A program made the translations under genes and the position numbers. Below, in pieces: positions 60,438 through 64,000 of a stretch of DNA of 64,000 nucleotides. The stretch is from a virus. Lineage: Duplodnaviria > Caudoviricetes. Location: positions 64,001 through 128,000 of the IMG/VR virus record IMGVR_UViG_3300031555_003626. The stretch is one strand, 5' to 3'. Under the pieces are notes generated by a model. It was not told the DNA's origin and searched no databases. It saw only the letters and a program-made list of their open reading frames with translations. Positions within the stretch are counted from its first letter, which is position 1. Every line of letters begins with the position of its first letter.

Positions 60438-60962
60438 ATGAAGTTACATGAAGAGTTTAAACTATACGAAGACATGTGGGAAGACGAAGTTCCTGCTACT
60501 GAAGATTCTGTAGCTGAGGTAGCTGCTGAGGAAGCTTCAGAACCTGTCACAAGAACCTTCGGTAGAAAGGCTTATGACCTTACTAACAGGGATGAGCTAT
60601 ATGCTTGGGTCAAAGCTAATACCGACTTCCAGGCAAATAGGCGTCCAGTTAGGTATAGAAATGCAGATGGTACTATTACTTCAGATTGGATTAGACTTCG
60701 TTCTCGTATAGCAAAAAATTTACTTGCGTCGCTTGAAGCTGAGGGTATAACTAATCCCACAGTTCTAGATAACCTACAAAGAATCGCTACTGGTAATTTT
60801 AGTAAGTTTACAAAAGTATTTGCTAAAGACGAGTTAAATACGCTCTTCTCAGAATTTACGAGTAAGTTGTCTGCGCGTTTTGATGCTAAAGAAATGCGAA
60901 TAGTTAATAGAGACCTAGATGCTCTTAAACAGAAGCTGCTTGATATGAAGACCACAATCTAA
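60438..60962 (+). CDS. Hypothetical protein with capsid-targeting-like N-terminus
   Basis: AAGGAG RBS; starts MKLHEEFKLYEDMWE. Confidence 0.65.
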   Translation: MKLHEEFKLYEDMWEDEVPATEDSVAEVAAEEASEPVTRTFGRKAYDLTNRDELYAWVKANTDFQANRRPVRYRNADGTITSDWIRLRSRIAKNLLASLEAEGITNPTVLDNLQRIATGNFSKFTKVFAKDELNTLFSEFTSKLSARFDAKEMRIVNRDLDALKQKLLDMKTTI

Positions 60963-61075
60963 TAAAGACTATAAGATTCTTAGTTTAACTACTGGGAATC
61001 TTTTTCTTTTTATTTGATTAAATTTCCTTAGAAAAGATCGTATTATATATTATAGAAATTTACGGAGGATATATT

Positions 61076-62342
61076 ATGAAGTATACTTTTCTTGCTGTAT
61101 ATACTGAGTTGACTAATAGTGATGATACCTTGCGACTTGCTCAGGACCTTGTACTCGAAGAGTGGAGAGCACACCTTGAACATAAGAAAGTTCCCTTTAT
61201 TCCTGAGGCGAAAGTAAGTTTTAAGACTTATAACTTCCTGAAGTACCCTTATCAGGAGCTTCTGAGGAACTGGGTATGGAAGCATTTTACTAATAGCTTC
61301 GGAGACCTTTGTTTCTTCGGTAATGTCTATAGTGATGTAGATGAACTTATTGCAGACCTCGATGTAGAGAAGAAGCTTATAGAACTTACTGTGGAAGTAG
61401 AAGAATGACAAGAAAGAAAGCAGTAGAGATTTCTCTATTATTAAATAGAATAGAATGTTATGAAGCTCTTATAGATGAACTTAAGAGTTTACGTACAACA
61501 GAAGAAATAGTACAGACTTCTGGAATTAATATAGAAGATGAATTGGTTGCTGTCGTGCAGCCTAAGATTGATGCACTACTTAAAGAACTGGAGGAGATGT
61601 AATGAAGAAAGAAATTTTAGAGAGAGCAAAAGAACTTGAAGATCAGATAGGCGACTACCAGTTAATCTCTTATATAATGTCTTATCCTTATCAGCGATAT
61701 AAGCTCTTTAAAAAGAAACCCTGTATCCAGCATGAAGGTAGTACTTCTACCGGTATTGTTATAACTGACCGGGAGCTTGCAAAGCTTATTGAGACCTACT
61801 GTAGAGAAAAGGTTAAGACCTTAAAGCAAGAGCTGGAGGAGCTTTGATATGACGCTAGAGCAGAAGATACAGAGAGCTGATAAGGTACTTGCTTACTATC
61901 CTGGCCCCTATGAAACTAAGTGGGCTATCATGGAATACTGGGGCCAGAAAGGAAAGCCTCTTAAGGTAGCGAGTTATTATATATACGGAGAAGAGCTTAA
62001 GACTGGAGATCCCTTGTATTGCTGGCACTGGCAACCTTCCTTTAATTCTACTATTATAGAAGATGGTTTTAATACAGAGGAAGAAGCTAAAACAAGAATG
62101 AAAGAATTGAGAGCAGAAAGGAAGCAGAAATGTTAGTTACTGTAATAATACTTACTTGGCTTCTGATTAATACCTTAGCCACCTTGATTATCATTTGTAT
62201 CGATGAAGGCACTCCAGTAAGAGCAAGTGACTGGGTTGGTGTTGGCCTAAGCTGTGTTCTTAGTCCTCTGACTATACTATTTATTATCCAGCCTATTACT
62301 ACTTGGATTACTAGACTTAAAAGAAAGAGGAGAAAGAAATAA
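61076..62342 (+). CDS. Small hypothetical proteins (61076-61408, 61405-61602, 61602-61847, 61849-62136, 62130-62342 with two TM helices)
   Basis: Coupled stop/starts, RBSs. Confidence 0.65.
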
Positions 62343-63157
62343 TGAAACCAATAATTAAATGGACGGGAGGCAAAACCCAGCTACTTCAAAAGATTAAAGA
62401 ACTTATGCCTTCTTCATATAATAAATACTTTGAGCCTTTCTTAGGAGGCGGAGCAGTACTACTTGATCTATGTCCAGAAGAAGCAGTAGTTAATGATATT
62501 AATCCTGAGCTTATTAATATGTATCTTCAGGTTAGAGATAATGTAGAAGAAGTTATTGAAGATTTGTCTATACTGGATTCTTGGTACGAAAACAGTGATG
62601 ACCCAAAAGGCTATTATTACCGTGTCAGAGATAATTATAATTCAAATCTAGGTAATGATATTCCTATACAGGCAGCGAGATTTATCTACTTGAATAAGCA
62701 CTGTTTCAACGGTCTTTATAGAGTTAATAGTAAGGGAGAGTTTAACGTTCCTTTTAATGGCAAACTTACTGGACAATCGTTTCACGCGGAACACCTTAGA
62801 GAGGTATCGAAGCAGATTCAGAATGTAAGGTTTCTTTGCGGTGACTTTGAACAATCTGATAAAAGTATAGCCCCGAAAGATTTTATTTTTATTGACAGCC
62901 CTTACGCTCCCTTAACCCCTACTTCTTTTGTCGATTATACTAAAGAAGGTTTTGCCTACGAGGATCATGTAAGGCTTTCTGACTTCTACAAGGAGCTTTC
63001 TGACTACGGAGTTTACTGTATGCTCACTAACCATGATACTGAGCTCATCAGAGATCTATATAGAGGCTTTAACTTTACTGAAGTAGACGTTCGCCGGAGT
63101 ATTAATAGAAATGGTGATAATAGAAAAGGCAAAGAAGTTATTATAACTAACTTTTAA
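62342..63157 (+). CDS. dam: Dam-family (D12 class) DNA adenine methyltransferase
   Basis: KWTGGK, YFEPFLGGGAV, NDIN, FNGLYRVN, FNVPF, IDSPY, RRSIN. Confidence 0.93.
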   Translation: MKPIIKWTGGKTQLLQKIKELMPSSYNKYFEPFLGGGAVLLDLCPEEAVVNDINPELINMYLQVRDNVEEVIEDLSILDSWYENSDDPKGYYYRVRDNYNSNLGNDIPIQAARFIYLNKHCFNGLYRVNSKGEFNVPFNGKLTGQSFHAEHLREVSKQIQNVRFLCGDFEQSDKSIAPKDFIFIDSPYAPLTPTSFVDYTKEGFAYEDHVRLSDFYKELSDYGVYCMLTNHDTELIRDLYRGFNFTEVDVRRSINRNGDNRKGKEVIITNF

Positions 63158-63167
63158 GGAGTAGTAT

Positions 63168-63569
63168 ATGAGAGTTACTATAAAATATGCGTATCCGGAA
63201 AAAGGTACTCGGAATGGCAGAATCTACTCTCAAGAGGTTCTTGAGAAAGCTTTTAATGAGCCTGCTTTTAAAGAGCTTTGCTTAGCTAAAACCTTGCCTA
63301 TAAAGGATGAGGCTGACGAACTTATCGGGGTGGGAACTGCCCGCCTTGAAGATGGTAGAGTAGTTACTATAGATGCTGAAGTATTTTCGCCAGCACACAT
63401 TAAAGCAATAAAAGTCGCAGAACGTAATTTTGGATTTACTTTAGCTGGGTATGGAAATGTAGTTCATAATAATGGAGTTAATGTTGTTACTGACTTTACT
63501 ATTGAATCCGCCCTGCTTTGTGAACATTCAGCTGTAGACTGTTCTATGGAACTATATCAGGAAGATTAA
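63168..63569 (+). CDS. Degenerate prohead-protease-like protein
   Basis: TRNGRIYSQEVLEKA resembles the T4 gp21-family N-terminal motif; catalytic motifs not seen. Confidence 0.5.
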   Translation: MRVTIKYAYPEKGTRNGRIYSQEVLEKAFNEPAFKELCLAKTLPIKDEADELIGVGTARLEDGRVVTIDAEVFSPAHIKAIKVAERNFGFTLAGYGNVVHNNGVNVVTDFTIESALLCEHSAVDCSMELYQED

Positions 63570-63600
63570 ATTAATAATATTACTAAGGAGATAGTTAAAT

Positions 63601-63954
63601 ATGGGTTGGTTTGATGCATCAGCTACTTATAGAAGTGGCAAGACACCAAAGTATAAGGTAGGAGATAAGGTATATAAACTACTTGTTATTCTGCCAGAGT
63701 TTAATAAAAGAAAGCTACAGAAGTTTTGTGTTCCTTGTGAGGTTACAGGAGTATCCACAAAGAAGAGCGGATTTATCTTTAAGGAATTTACTTATATTGT
63801 TAAGATGGCAAAGACAGGTGAAGTAGTAGAAAACGTTTATGAGTCAGAGCTTTATACTGAATATCAGAATGTGCCGGAAACTAAGAATCCGGATATTACT
63901 TTTAAAGAAGCAGTAGAAGAAGCACTAGAACAAATGACAGAGGATTCATTATAA
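63601..63954 (+). CDS. Hypothetical protein (SH3-like KYKVGDKV)
   Basis: AAGGAG RBS. Confidence 0.6.
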   Translation: MGWFDASATYRSGKTPKYKVGDKVYKLLVILPEFNKRKLQKFCVPCEVTGVSTKKSGFIFKEFTYIVKMAKTGEVVENVYESELYTEYQNVPETKNPDITFKEAVEEALEQMTEDSL

Positions 63955-64000
63955 GGAGGTATAGTATGACCAGAGGCGAAGAAGCTATTATTAAAGGATT

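Noticed and set aside
1-64000. CRISPR array, tRNA or rRNA genes
   Set aside because: No regularly spaced repeat-spacer units or tRNA cloverleaf signatures recognised by eye. GTCGCAC (19864) and GTGTTCC (31888) match only the first bases of known repeat types.
1-64000. Stop-codon reassignment
   Set aside because: Known genes are full length in code 11, and TAG and TGA both terminate genes at sensible positions

Overview
This window is part of a large, AT-rich, contractile-tailed (myovirus-type) dsDNA phage genome in genetic code 11, with almost all genes on the + strand. The host is probably an anaerobic Firmicute, inferred from strong AGGAGG RBSs, extended sigma-A promoters, class III RNR and a YodL-like gene. 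Layout: 1-13.9 kb is a tail module (sheath 3' end, tube, frameshifted assembly chaperone, tape measure, baseplate, fibre). 14-29.4 kb carries NadR+PnuC, a likely origin region, a SNF2 helicase, an HNH endonuclease and nrdD/nrdG. 29.5-64 kb is a dense array of small genes with a sigma-like factor, a replication-initiator-like protein, DNA ligase, an HNH-helicase with a split adenine methyltransferase, an Arr-like ADP-ribosyltransferase and Dam. The most notable unexplained structure is regulatory: (i) four or five recurring promoter architectures, including OmpR/PhoP-like 11-bp repeat arrays at a fixed distance from the -10; (ii) a candidate small RNA that displays two anti-Shine-Dalgarno motifs; (iii) dispersed putative late-promoter cassettes encoding modular proteins with T4-like capsid-targeting and cleavage motifs. 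All calls come from reading motifs by eye; no searches were run.
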